Assembly (NCBI RefSeq): GCF_964204645.1
Contig: NC_134030.1
Location: forward strand, 11,925,947 to 11,989,946
Source of the DNA: Tubulanus polymorphus
Lineage: Eukaryota > Animalia > Nemertea
DNA length: 64,000 nucleotides
Direction: 5' to 3'
Part shown: piece after piece, positions 38,055-51,609 of the stretch
How the letters are laid out: each line of letters begins with the position of its first letter
How positions within the stretch are numbered: the stretch's first letter is position 1
Notes under the pieces: model-generated
What the model saw: the letters and a program-made list of their open reading frames with translations, nothing else
The model's database searches: none
What the model was told of the DNA's origin: nothing
Program-made: the position numbers and the translations under genes

Positions 38055-38430
38055 TTAGCGATCAGGAGGTTTTAAACCCGAACATAACTGTTTGCAATTG
38101 TACCATAGAGTTGCCCAATTTCCATCCACTTCTCTACTGCCAGAAAAACATATAGACAGATAGATAGACAGACAGATCATAATCATTGTTATAAAAGGAT
38201 TCGACAGTAGAGCGAGCAGGAGGGTTTAAACCCAAACATGACTCGAAGTGGAATTGTACCATAGAGTTGCCATATTCCCATCCACCTCTGTACTACCAGA
38301 AATACATATAGACAGATGGACTGATGGACGGACAAATCGTAAACATAAATATAAAGTAATATCACAGTAGAGCGAGTGGGAGGGCTTAAACCAGAACATA
38401 ACTCTATGGAATGTCCCATGGAGTTGTTGT
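38055..38430 (+). repeat. Tandem repeat, ~155-bp unit, about 2.5 copies, with a GAYA/GGAC microsatellite
   Basis: GGAGGGTTTAAACCC...AATTGTACCATAGAGTTGCC...CCATCCAC recurs at ~38065, 38219 and 38379. Confidence 0.8.
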
Positions 38431-41400
38431 AGAATACAGTTTGTACATCTCTGTGAACCGTTGAAATAATCATATATGAGCGGAATATCTGGATAATCTG
38501 ATAGTACTGATAGTAATTGATCTGGATTATTTATTCCTTCATCAGGATTAATGTCCAACAGTTTGTTTATATGGTAACCATTAAATGAAAGAGATTGGTA
38601 TGCCTGTCTGTAGTGGACCCATTTTTGAGCAGACATTTTTGTATATTTCTTCAAGCTTTAATTTTCTAGGTCTTATTTGATCTCTCTTTGCTGTTACGTC
38701 AGTTTCAATTTTATTGGTTTCAGATTTTAGGGTTTTATTAAGAACTTATGGCCTACACTATCAGGTTCGAGACACCCTGCGCACTTAAATGCTTCCACAG
38801 TACCAATGATCAAAATGCAGTCTGTGTGGTAAAGTGAATTACAAGAGGTACAGTATTCATGGTTGTTTACCTTTCGATTTTCTACTTTCTCTATAATACA
38901 AATTTAGGCACCATAACGGAATGCTGAATGTCGCCTCCTATTTGCTCTTTTCAATAGATTTATAGTCTTGATAGTTTGAACGAGTGTTAGTTTCATATCT
39001 TCCAGTTCATTTTCGACGTTTTGATTTTGGTCTTTAGATTTTCCATTATCGTATAGTTCTGGGTCTCTTTTTTCCTAATGTTGAATGGCTGAGATCCAAA
39101 TTAAGCATCCTATATAGCATAGGACCACTAGTACTGCCAATACTACGGTTTTGATATGAGTTTGCAGAATGTGATATGCCATTTTTATTCTGAGGTCGTC
39201 AAGAGGAACCATGCGCTTAAGACATGGATAGCTATGATGTTGCTAACCCCTGATTTCCCATTATTATGCTCTGGTATACGAGATCTCCGATGATAAAAGT
39301 TAGAGCGTGAATTATTTATATCTAGAATTATTCTAAATGGGCTTTCTAACGCCTCTTTCAATGGCCCAAAAGTCATTTTTAAGTTTTTGGCATTATCTTA
39401 TGCCTCACAATGGCCGACGAATTGCAACTATCGTGGCTATTGGGTGATAGTCCATTAACTATGGAGAAAACCATTTTTTTATTCCCACCCCCCTGATCGA
39501 TTCCTGTCATAATACAAAATTCATCATGAAAGTTAGGATGGAACTGGAGATTTTTTATTTTGTATAGATGTATTGTGTGTCTCTGTGCTTGTACATGGAA
39601 ATCATCTGTGATTATATAGGATCCATCGGAAGTTTTCTTCTATATGTACAGTAGTTAATCTCGAGGATTTCTTCACCACTATAACATAAGTAGCAAATGA
39701 TATTTCTGCAGCAGTTGGGAATACAGGTATATCAAGGTTCTTCAAATCTCTCTTCAAATCAAGAACACAAAGATTCATTGACATTTTTTGTCTCAACTTA
39801 ATGTCAACAGCCTGTTTTGGGGTGTGTATATGGAAGAGTTTCAACTCGGCTTCAATTAAGGCTGCATTCGTAATTGTGGGATACCTTTTGAAAAAATTGG
39901 CAAATGACAAGCAGAATTTTGGATAACACTTTATTATGATGGTATATTCTTTTCAACAAAATCTTTCAATTTATTGGTACAACTATTTAGCTTGTTTCTT
40001 GATGCCGACACTGGGGTACAGACTACTGGTATATTTGATTTTAATTGTGATTGCAATAAAGAAAGTTATATTTCTGATTGAATATTTGATTTTTTCAAAT
40101 TGATACTTCATTTTCCAATTCTATAATTCTTTGAGATGTGTCAGAGTTTTACCACATGGCGTTTATTTCTAGATTTGATTCTTCGTGTTGAGTTGTTTAG
40201 GATCTAAGCATGGCAGTGATCAGCTAACGTTGGCCCATCTTTATGATTTTGAGAACTTATGAGCTCTAGTTTCCTTTTACGTAGGCATGCTTAACACATT
40301 AGCACTCAAGCCGCTGAGAAAATGGCCTGTCAAGTTGACGGTATGACCGGTGTATGGGTGGGATGAGTACATGCAAGGTACTACTCAAAACCCAGACAAT
40401 TGAAAAGTTAGTTAAAACATACAGATCTTCATCCTCCAGTTTTCTCAAAAGACATGTGAAATATTCTTCAACATCTTGCTGACTGGTGGACCCTTCCACG
40501 TGAAAAATCTTTCAAACCGTTGAGAACAGGTAACTTCAATAAAGACCTTAAGCAATTATAACTCAACCCTAAAATGAATAGGAAATAAGGTTATCACAGA
40601 GTTTTACAATTTTTTGCTACAAGACTAATAGTATTAACTTGCAATTCAATGCATGATCCTCCAACTTTTTCTTGAAGCCAGGTAGACAATTCAGGTACTG
40701 CAAGATGCTGTTCGCATAACAGCATGTCAAATTCAAATTGAGAAGTCTCAACTTTGTCAAAGAAATGGTCTATATGTATCAAGGTGCTATTTTGCCTGTT
40801 CTTCAGTAGAAGTATCCTCCAAATATTGATTCCGAGAGCCCAAAGACAGTAAAAAGGCAGTCAAAAGATGTAAACACAATCACCTATTGTTCTGTGTTTC
40901 TTCCAAGAGTGGGCAACACCCTCCAGTTACAAAATAGAAGACAACTGATGGACATATTCCATCACATATAGGATCATAGCATATTTTTGGTTTACCTTTG
41001 TCAGCGATATGAAGTTGGCATTGAGCCAATTCATGTAAAATCGCGGTACGTCTTTTTATGTGAGCATTTGTTTCATTGGTTCTCGGCTTAAACGACGTAT
41101 AATCGATGCGGTTGAGGACATGACGAACCTCCGTCGATGACATGGTCAACATAGTTAAAATTCTACGAAAAACTGTTTTTTGCGGGAAAATTCTTAGCTC
41201 TCGGGTAGAAAATTGCAATGACCTCAATTGGGGGGCGTTGTCTCTACGAGCGAATGTGATTGGCTGTTTTGGGGATGTACGGGGAATTCCGGCGCTACTA
41301 AAATAATTATGGGAAAGCCATAGAATGGCGAACGTCTTTGGACTAGGTGCCGTATACGTGCAAATTCCAAATGCTCATTGCTGATGAGAATGTAATTATT

Positions 41401-42137
41401 CTCCGCCATAGGTATTGTTTCATTTTAATACCCGGTGATTGATTTGATTGACACTGAAGTGCAAACGAACATTCACTTACACAAGGCCTCCACGTGCGCG
41501 TGGAGTGCTATAGACTATGTGCATACACAAACACACGCTCGTACAGTACACACTACTATAGTGATACTGTCAACGCTGCTTGCTGACGCGTCTAACATTT
41601 CATCAACAGAAGATGAGCGCTATGTTTTCTGTTTGATATAATTTATAATATATTGTAATTTCTTGTGACCTGAAAATATTAAGCAGCAAACTACAAGTAT
41701 AGGTCGAGGTCTGAATATTGTAGTAGTTAAGGGATCATTGCGCATGCGTGGGAAGCAAAAGGTCGCCAGATTGGCTCCGTGTTTTTTTGTCTATTTTGCG
41801 TAATTTAATGATAAGTAACAAGTTTTAATATTTCTCGTCGATAAAACTTGAGTTCTGGTATACGCTGGTCATACGCATCTGTGCTGCTATTGCTCTGTTG
41901 ACAATAGCAAAAACCGTTTAGTTAGTCGGCATTTCCTGGAAACAAGTCTGCTGACATATTTGTTTACGTTGCCAACGGAAATAGCAACGCCCGTGCCTGC
42001 GCTACCTCATCTCTCTACGCGGTCGAATAAGTGCCAAGAGAACCAAAGATTTTCATAGACTTCCAGTACATTAGAAAACCATTTCAAGACTTATAAAGCG
42101 CTCACGTACGTAGCTTTAACAAACAATCGTTACTGAT

Positions 42138-43543
42138 ATGTCATTAGATACACTTTCGCAGAACCCGACATTGTCGGTGACAACGAGGTCGAGAAATCGT
42201 CAGCGCGAATTTATAAGTTCAATGACGCCAAATCAGCTGTCAAATTCGATAGATGATGAACCGCAAGCCCCAAGTAGGCAGAGATCCGCCAATGACGATA
42301 CCCACACGCACACTGTTGCTGTGGGCCACCACAGTGACGATACCCACAGAAAGGTAGGCAACGTTAATAGTGATGATTCAACAATTCACTTTATCAAGGG
42401 ACGGTACAGAGGTCACGTATCTGAATATATCTCGGATTCATCGGATATCGATGAGACAGATGAGACAGCATCACAATCCTATCCAGGTTTAGTGACGAGG
42501 CTCATTCGAACAAACACATTCCAAGAAGGACAAGGTTCAGTCGCCAATGATGAAGATAAGCCCCTGGAGCAAAGAAGCCAAAGACGACTTAAGAGAAAAG
42601 CATCAGCTGATAGACCTACTGTTTGCAGTGAGGATGGACAATCATCAACCTGTAGGCCTACATGCCCAGTATGTAACAAGGAGATTCGAACTGCGAAAAG
42701 GTTGATATGTCAGCAATGTAAATCAACAATATGTCATGGCTGTGCGGTGGTATCAACTGAAACTTTTGAGGGCAACATAAATTCAGTGGTACATTGCCCT
42801 GACTGTAAAGTTACAAACGGAAATGTCAATGCTTCTGAGACCATTGGTCAAATGTGTGACATGTTTGCGGATATGTTGGCAACAACTGTAGAAAGTATCA
42901 AGGAGAACGATAACAGGCTATTCTGTGACTTGCTATCTGCTTTGGATAAAAAGGCTGACAAGGAGGAAATTACGAAGCTAAATGATGAAATCAAGCTGAT
43001 AAATGAAAAGGTTGATACGCTAGACCTGAATAATATAGATGAGCGAATTCACCAAGCAATTCACAAAAATTTCTAATCAGATTGACGAAATTAGAGAAGA
43101 TGTGTGGGAAACTGAGAGTAGAAGAAATAATATAATTGTTTATGGCATGGTAGAATCAAATGCGCCGAACCCATCTGCTAGATCGGCTAGTGACTGGGAC
43201 AGCTTTGACAGGTTATGTTCTCAGACATTACACGTAGGAATTGAAAGGCCGAAAGCTGTCCATCAGATGAGGTAAACGTATTACTGATAAGTGCAGACCG
43301 GTTAAAATTATTCTTGCTAGTAACTTAGATAAAGAAAATGTAATGAACTGCTATCCAGCTGCCATCAGAGGAAATGAAGAATCATCACTTGAGGGCATAC
43401 AAATTTCAGTAGATAGAACAAAAAGTCAGCGCCAAGAATTTCAAAGCCTAAAAGCTGATCTTGAAAAACGCACTGCTCTTGGAGAAACTGGTCTTAAGAT
43501 TCGTGGCAGAAAAATAATAAAAGTCCAGTCCTTTCGGAGTTAA
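42138..43543 (+). pseudogene. CR1-clade LINE ORF1 with PHD finger and coiled coil (frameshifted)
   Basis: CPVC...CQQC...CHGC...CPDC PHD pattern; ESRRNNIIVYGMVES; ISVDRTKSQR...GETGLKIRGRKII. Confidence 0.85.
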
Positions 43544-43699
43544 GATTAAGGATCCAAGTCTAAATCAAAGTAAAAATCCACAATTATGTTATCAGAAAAA
43601 AGGGACAAAATCAACAATTGATACGACTATGGAAAAATCTTAACAAGGTGTAACGATAAAAAAAACCAATATTAACAACAGTTCGTGCAATAGAGAAAG

Positions 43700-46120
43700 T
43701 ACCAATTATGTGGACAAACTCAAGTGCATCTATGCTAATGTCGATAGTCTAAGAAACAAAATTGATGAATGAAACAACTCGTCTTTGAATGCGACCCCGA
43801 TATAATTGCTCTGACAGAAGTCCTACCTAAAACATCAATACCTGATGCAGCGGCATTTATGGCGAATGTCAAAATACATGTTTATGATATCTGTAGCAAT
43901 CTAACTGATGAAGGAAGAGGTATCATTTTATACACGAAAAATGAGTTAAACTGTGTTCAAATCCATCCAGTCACTAAGTTTTCAGAATCATTATGGATTG
44001 AGCTAAATACCGGTACTTGAAATACAAAGTACCGTTTTGGATGTGTTTATCGTAGCCCTAACAGTTGTGATGTAAATAATGCTAGTCTCAACTAAACCAT
44101 TTCTTTCAGTAGTGGTTTCTAACAGGAAAAATGCGTTAGTGGTAGGTGATTTTAACTACCCTAAAATTAATTGTTCATCACAATCATGTACAAGAAATGA
44201 ACATGCGATTAACCTCCTGGAAACATGTACTGACCTGTATTTACATCAACATGTGACAACAAGCACTAGATACAGACCAGGTCAAATAGCAAATATACTG
44301 GACCTTGTACTTACACCACAGGAAGAAGACATAAGTGATCTGAGATATGTATCCCCTCTTGGAAGTAGCGATCATATAACCATCAAGTTCAATTGGGATG
44401 TTACAACAGTCACCAATAAGGTTATAACGGAGAAAAAAATTGTAATCAAGGAAATTATTTTGAGTTAAGGGCTGAAATGTCTAAGGATTGGGAATAGACA
44501 TTGAAAGATAAATCTGTAAACACAGCCTGGTCAACTTTTAGAACAGTATTTAAGACCGCAATTGATAAGTGTATCCCTAAACACAACACTCGGGGTGGTT
44601 ACAAACGCAAACCACTCTGGATGGATCAAAATACCTTGTCACAAGTTTTAAAAAAAGCGTGCTGCCTGGAGGAAATTTTTGAACACTAAAAGTGATAATT
44701 ATCATGATGAATACATAAAATACAGGAATGAGTCTAAGCAAGCAATAAGAAGGGCTATCCGTGCGTATGGGAAAAGGATAGCCGAGAACGTAAAAACTAA
44801 TCCAAAAAGCTTTTGGCAGTATGCACGCGGCAAAACTAAACTAACTTCAGGTGTTCCTCGGCTCATTGATGACTCATCAAGTATCAGTGCTGAATCTGAT
44901 AACGAGAAAGCTAATATGCTGAACCAGTACTTCACGAGTGTATTTACTAATGAAGACCTCACCGATGTGCCGTGCTTACCTAACAAGAATGTCACAAGCC
45001 ACCTCCAAACAGTAACCACTAGCAAACTTGAAGTAGAAAAACTACTGAATGAACTAAAAGCAAACAAATCTGCAGGACCTGATGATATACACCCCCGGGT
45101 CTTTAAAGAGCTGTCTGGAGTTATATCACTACCACTATCTATTATTTTCAATTTATCTCTGCAAAATGGCATGATCCCTGGTGACTGGAAGTTGGCACAA
45201 ATTACAGCAATCTTCAAAAATAAAGGTGATAAACACCATCCATCAAATTACAGACCTATTAGTCTCACTAGTGTTGACTATTAGAAAAAATTGTGAGGAA
45301 TAGAATAATGCAACATCTGAAGACGGAGGATCTCATATCCCCTCACCAGCACGGATTCCTCGAAGGAAGATCGTGTACTACACAGTTACTTGAATCTATG
45401 GCCCTGTGGATAGGGGTACAGGTGTTGATGTAATATATACTGACTTCATGAAAGCTTTTGATACCGTACCACACACCTGGCTCATGGGCAAATTAAAGAG
45501 ATGTGGAATTGGTGGTGCTCTTCTTGAATGGGTTCAGAATTTCCTTTGTGACAGAAAGCAAGGAGTCAGAGTTAACAATTCAGAATCAGCATGGAGTCAC
45601 GTAGTTAGCGGTATACCTCAGGGTTCTGTACTTGGACCGTTGCTGTTTATGGTATTTATTAATGATCTACCAGATGTAGTAAACTGTTATGTTAAATTAT
45701 TCGCCGATGATACAAAACTGATTGCTGCCGTTACCAACACTACGGATGCTAACCAACTTCAAAATAACATATTTAGGCTTCAAGACTGCTGTGATAGATG
45801 GCAAATTCAACCCCATCCTGATAAATGCCATGTACTACATTTGCGAGGTAGTGGACAAAAGACGTCTTACTATATGCGTGACAGGAATGGAACACCAGTA
45901 TCACTTGCCAGTGCCCTGAAGAGAAGGATCTTGGTATAATAATCGATGAAAATCTGAATTTCAAGACGCACATAAACGGAAATATAATTAAGGCTAACAG
46001 GATGTTGGGACTCATCAAATATAGTTACAAGTACATGGACAAAGGCACATTCAAATACCTATACAAAGGCTTAGTGCGTCCACTCCTTGAATATGGAAAC
46101 AGTCTATGGTACCCAAGGTT
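43700..46120 (+). pseudogene. CR1-clade LINE ORF2 (APE endonuclease and RT), degenerate and 3'-truncated
   Basis: CIYANVDSL, DIIALTE, VGDFNYP, ILDLVLT, SDH; GPDDIHPRV, NYRPISLTS, QHGF, DFMKAFDTVPH, GIPQGSVLGPLLF, LFADDTK, VRPLLEYG. Confidence 0.93.
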
Positions 46121-46139
46121 CTGGTTCGCAGACACTGAC

Positions 46140-46520
46140 TGTCCCAATGAATTAACATTGCGCCCAACATAATTGGTGATTCCTGTGTCGATATTCTTCA
46201 AAATGTTTTTATGTCAACTAGCAGCAGGTAAGTGTACAATATTGCCATCGGAGGTTTGTCACTCATCCGAACAATTTCCTGAATGAATGAAATGCCAATA
46301 ATCATGTTCATTACTGCCTGCTTATCATCGGCAACATTTCTGCGATTACTGTCTACCGGTCTCTTCTTTGTATCGGCTATACATCTACGTTTTGCACTTG
46401 CTTTATATTGCGCATTGCATTCATCAAATTTTCAAGAAGCATTTGCCTATAAACCTTCCGGGATTATCACCGCTTGTTGGGCGTTCCACAACCAGATTTT
46501 ACGCTTCTAATAAATTTGTC
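46140..46520 (-). pseudogene. Possible MULE-like transposase fragment
   Basis: RRNVADD..AVMNM....SFIQEIV....KPPMAILYT....DIK.F resembles invertebrate Mutator-like transposases. Confidence 0.35.
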
Positions 46521-48129
46521 TCGGACAAAGTAGTAAGAAAATAGGAAGGGTTTTATTAAAACTCCAGTGATATATTACATCGCAAGCTTGTCCTGGTGAG
46601 AAAATCTTTTTCAATCAAACTACTTGTACTGTATTTTGTGTTGTAACTCCTCGAACTTTATGAACTGTACAGGCCCAAGCCGATTTCAGCTACTTACCCG
46701 AGGGTCATAGTGGAATGTGACACCTGGAAATATCTTGAGTGATGCTATCTCAATCATTTTGTCCTCCACTATTATGAATACATCATTCTTTCAATGTTCA
46801 GCGGCGACAAGAGGCATGGAATCAATTAAAAGTAATTTTACATAGATCTAGGTGTAAGGTTTATTATTTGCCAATATCATCTCCATTAGAATCAGTTTAC
46901 AATGATATGGGGAGGGGGTAACCTTGGAACTGAATGACCACTTTTTAGGAAAGATTAGGCAGTTTGTGCTAAAGAATGAAACTATATAAGACCAGTTTTG
47001 GCATGTCAGGCATGCTTACGCTCACTTAAACCTGCATATCTTCTTTCAGCGAATTTGAAGTTGGACTGCTTTCCGTTCTCATGGAGTTCATGGTGTGGTA
47101 ACTGGCATTGTCCATGATCACTGGATTAGGAGGCAATTTAGGTTAAAGGTTCTCTTTGAACCATTTTCCAAAGTTTTCTCCATTCATATCGTGATATTTT
47201 TCCCTACTGATGTAAAAATGAGTTTGCCTTTGCCGTTCGGATATTTAAGGTCTGACGTCAATCCATCTAACCAACCACTTTTACGACTTTAGTGTTCTTG
47301 TCAACCCAGATTTTATCAGGATTTTCCAGCATTAAGTCAAGTCAGGTTCAGCCCTCCTTGTTATTTTTCGCAAATAACTGTATCACCAGCTAATAATTTC
47401 ATCTTTTTCAATCAGCAAACGATTTCACTCATCCCTTACAAGTTTGTGACGAGTGGCCCTGGATATTTTTGAAATATCATCATCATCTCTGCATTTCTGC
47501 AAGATTTTGTTGAGAGTTGGAAGATCAGCTATGTGAAATAAGTAATTAACTATACAACAGATGTTCAGAGGTACACCATTTCATCCTGACCGATTTTACC
47601 GTACTGGGGTTTCAAATCTTTGGGCATTTGCAGTGGTTTGACTCATCCAGTGTCCTTCCTTGTTTCTGTATATTGGGAATTGCGATCGTTTACTCATCAG
47701 CCTTTCCAGTTGTAATATCCACTTTGTTGACATTTAATTTCTTGGATAGTCATAGATTGCACTTAAAAAAACACCTTAGACTGTAAATATACCAGTAAGA
47801 TACCATTACGAAATCTGCAGCAAATTATGATCTATGAAAATCCCACCATTTACAATTAATATGAAATTAAACAATTTGCAAAAATACACTTCTTAATTTA
47901 AGATGTGAAGACAGCCGAACACCATTGAAAGAAAAAAAAACCAGCATTTAATGATGAGAAGTTAGTCTGGATTTATGAATGCAGAATTCAAATGAAAAAC
48001 TAAGGCGGATCTATGCTTGCTAATGTTCACTATCAGAACAAGATATTTTAAAATGGTCACTTTTTTGAAGTAGACTTTCAAACAGCCACAATGGACCCAC
48101 TGAAATGGAAGGTAGCCGATTTCAGAGTG

Positions 48130-50350
48130 ACTCCTATCAAAGCTCGGAAATCGATAGGTAACATAATGGCAATTTCTGCTGCTTAATCCTGATGCACAAT
48201 CCTAACACTGAGATGCATACTGCAGTGAGTTGCCACTCGTAAATGATGTCACATCATCATAATTATCTTTTGTATGTGCCTGATACATAATACTATACCC
48301 TGATAATGCATATCACAATGTGTACATGGCCATCTGCAGGCCCTGTGTTCTTCTTCAAAGAAGGACTGAATAGTCATGGTCATGTCATCGTTGATAGTTC
48401 ATTAAATTGTTGGTGATAATTCATTTATTCGTGATGATGGTTCAAGGGCTTACAAGTGAAGTTTATCCTGGCGGTCATACATCAAAAGTAGTTTTTGTCA
48501 ATATTTGGCGTATATATTCGTCACAGTCTAAGGCGAGTTGTCAGGTATCCCAGTAAGGAGTCATTAACTCTCAATCAAAATGTCCATGGATCCTCTTCCC
48601 ATTTAGAATTCATTAATAGTACATACCATTTGTATATGACATGACAGTTGATCGGTTACCTGTTGCACAGGTTGCTCTACATCCATCATCTGCAGAAACT
48701 AGGTATGTATTGACAAAATTCTTGTATTGTCGCTATTAACCAATATGTCCTTTTTGGATCAATTTGTTCAGCAATTTTTGTCATCTGATTTTGTTCATTT
48801 TATTTGTTCTACATTATGGAGATGGGACTGTCTGTTTTGCATCACTTGATGGAGGTTGTACACTTCTTTGTTTTGCTCCACAAATGCAGGTGGTGTTTTA
48901 GTTCTGATGATTCTTTACATACAGCTCTACATTTTTAGCAATTTGTTGAGCCATACAAACCACCATTTGATTGTGATTTGAATTTACCTAATCAATATGG
49001 TAATACAAACTACCAATTCCAGAGTCTCGGTACACAGCGCTAAAAATGCAATTTACTACCAACAGGTAAAGCCATCGATCTTCATTAATTTTAGTGACCG
49101 ACAGAAAGGAAGAGACTTCAATACAATAATCATCACGAGTATTAACAGTATTATTAAGGCTTCATGCCTTACAAACACTACTTGTTGTGTATATATTACC
49201 ATGTATGATTGCTTTCTGATAACGAAGAGTCTGATTCATTACTGCGCAGTTCATATGCTGTTCAATAAGATCAACCACCAATACACGTGTTTTTTCAGTA
49301 CCAACTAATCTTACTTCACCAATAGTATGAGCACGCAGTAACCTTTTCTTTTGGAACATTGTTCCCTTAAGAAAGTCTTTTATTATGGAGGATTAATCAT
49401 TCGATTCAGTCCTATCAGATGCTATGAACTGAGACATTCTTCCACAACTGAAACACGCTAGCTATTTGCTATGGTACAGCTTGGCTTGGGTTCCATGATG
49501 CAAGTGAATAAGGTATTGCATGTTACCATCAAATATGTAGGTCAAGTAACACCACATTGGACCCCAATTTTCAACACTCGTATATATGAGTAAGTTGGTG
49601 TAAGTTGTAAGTAACATTTTTAACACCATATTTATCCTCAAAAGTCCTCTTCAGATACAACCTCTTGGCTATGAATGAACATTCCTTCTATAAACAAGCC
49701 AAAGTGTTTCAGGTAATTTGCCGATGAACAGAAATACTGAAGAAGAAAAGCCAATTATTCCTTTCTCAGAATTTTGCAGAACGGGGTATGTGAGAAAAAT
49801 ATTTCTTATTTGTAAATTTATCTCATTTATGTGAAGACCGATGTACCAATAATTTTTGTGGCACTTATTTTCAAACCAGCGAATTGCTAACCGTCGAGCA
49901 ACCCAAATATCTGCACGATTGAGGTTGTCGACTACAAACCCTCCTACCATATCAAAACCTGCAAGCCATAAGGATGCAAACACCAGGCACAACCATATTT
50001 CCTATTGAATTGTTTGATGTTTTGTAACAGACAGCTAGTCAGCAGCACAGCAAGTTACATGCACTTTAGAATGAATATTTCGGCCTATGCTATTAGACCA
50101 ATCTAAACCTGTTTTACTCAATCCATAAAATTCCTCGATAAATGATGTAAAGAATGTTTTGACCCAAGTCAAATACCAGCAAGCAGTACATTTGAATTTC
50201 TTAACTACAGAGCCAGATCATTGATTATCACTTGTAATGGCCACAGTGAAGAGTCGGATGACTTGAATAACTCCTTCCGTACTCAAAGAAAGGCTCTAAT
50301 CTGGAGATTTTAACAATTAAATCTGGAGATGTTGACAATGGATTACTTTT
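48130..50350 (-). pseudogene. CACTA/EnSpm transposase fragments, copy set 1
   Basis: FDMVGGFVVDNL (DYMH-region equivalent), YLKHFGLFIEGMFI, VENWGPMWCY...HHGTQ; nucleotide paralogy with 51610-53730. Confidence 0.65.
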
Positions 50351-50559
50351 GTACATCTTGCCATTAAATACATATCGCTGTAATCCCCTTAGTGTTCTGC
50401 TTGCCTTTTATTCAGTAATTTTACTAGCTTGCATTAACTATTTGGGCTTTGTAGCCCTGTGCATGTTCATTTATTGGTCCTTTATCCTCATGAATAACAA
50501 CGGCCATATTTGCTGCAGTCTCGGTTTTCATTTATATTAATGATTGTCTGGCAGTTCGA

Positions 50560-50820
50560 GGGAACTTATGTGCTGACCCTGAATGATAAAAGTAGATTCC
50601 ATTCAGATACGCTTGAAACGCTGCAACCAAAACTTCTCATTTTAAAAGTACTATTGTATGATCGAATGTTTTCAAGAAAATGTTTTGATATCGTATCAGC
50701 ACCTAGAAGTAGATTATGAAGATATTGTGGTGGAGTTTGATAAATTAGGAGAGTTACTTCACTATTTAAACAACACATTCCAGACGGGGGCTTATAGAGT
50801 TCAGCCTTTTGCTCAATGTA
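50560..50820 (-). pseudogene. Helitron RepHel N-terminal fragment
   Basis: MCCLNSEV.L...QTPPQYLHNLLLG....SKHFLENIRSYNSTFKMRSFG. Confidence 0.8.
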
Positions 50821-50933
50821 TCTGACGGTAAGAAGCTGGTTTGGAACGACGGCCTATTGTTTTTTTTTTTTTTTGGATCGTTTCTTGGGCAGCATCATAT
50901 TCTCGGACACGGAAAGAATCTACAAAGCGTGAT

Positions 50934-51126
50934 AAAAAATGTGGTTGTGAATAGTACACAAATATTTATTTGAAAAGCAATGTTGTACAGAAAATAAGAT
51001 CGAGGTCAATCTGATAGAACAGATTTATATTTATTATCTGTTTTGTCAGATTGACCTCGATCTTATTTTCTGTACAACATTGCTTTTCAAATAAATATTT
51101 GTGTACTATTCACAACCACATTTTTT
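50934..51126. repeat. Near-perfect inverted repeat: 91-bp arms, 11-nt loop
   Basis: 50934-51024 is the reverse complement of 51036-51126 with 2 mismatches. Confidence 0.95.
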
Positions 51127-51127
51127 C

Positions 51128-51560
51128 TTATTTTCTGTACAATATTGACCTAGGCAATTGAGTCCTTGTTGTAGATTTGAAATTCTGAATCATTCTTGTA
51201 TCATCTGAAGTTATTATTGTTTCATCAGCATACAAAAGGATTGCCAGTTTGAGCATGTTAACCAACTCATCTTTTTCATCGCCCATTTTTAAACCGTATG
51301 ATGAAAGTTGTACGTTTTTTCGAGCCATTCTCTAAGAAAAAGTTCTGTATATCATTGATATTCTGTATATCATCGATATAAAGAGAAAATAAGAAAGGTG
51401 AAAAATTCTTGCCTATGTTGCAACTAAAGAAATCCATATGTTCATTGCCATTAAAGATGCAAGATTTCGAGATACTATACATATTCCTGATGACTGTAAA
51501 TACTTTTCCATCCAAATTATTTCTTAAGAGCTTTCACTATAGTTCCGAATGGGAAACTGT
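51128..51560 (-). pseudogene. LINE RT fragment
   Basis: IRNMYSISKSCI...FFSCNIG...SPFLFSLYIDD...ILLYADE. Confidence 0.7.
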
Positions 51561-51609
51561 ATTGAATTACATGATAGTTGATCGTAAATCTTGAGGATTT
51601 TCCTTTGAT

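Noticed and set aside
42138-43076. Host PHD-finger gene
   Set aside because: It is directly followed by APE-RT ORF2 and is therefore CR1 ORF1.
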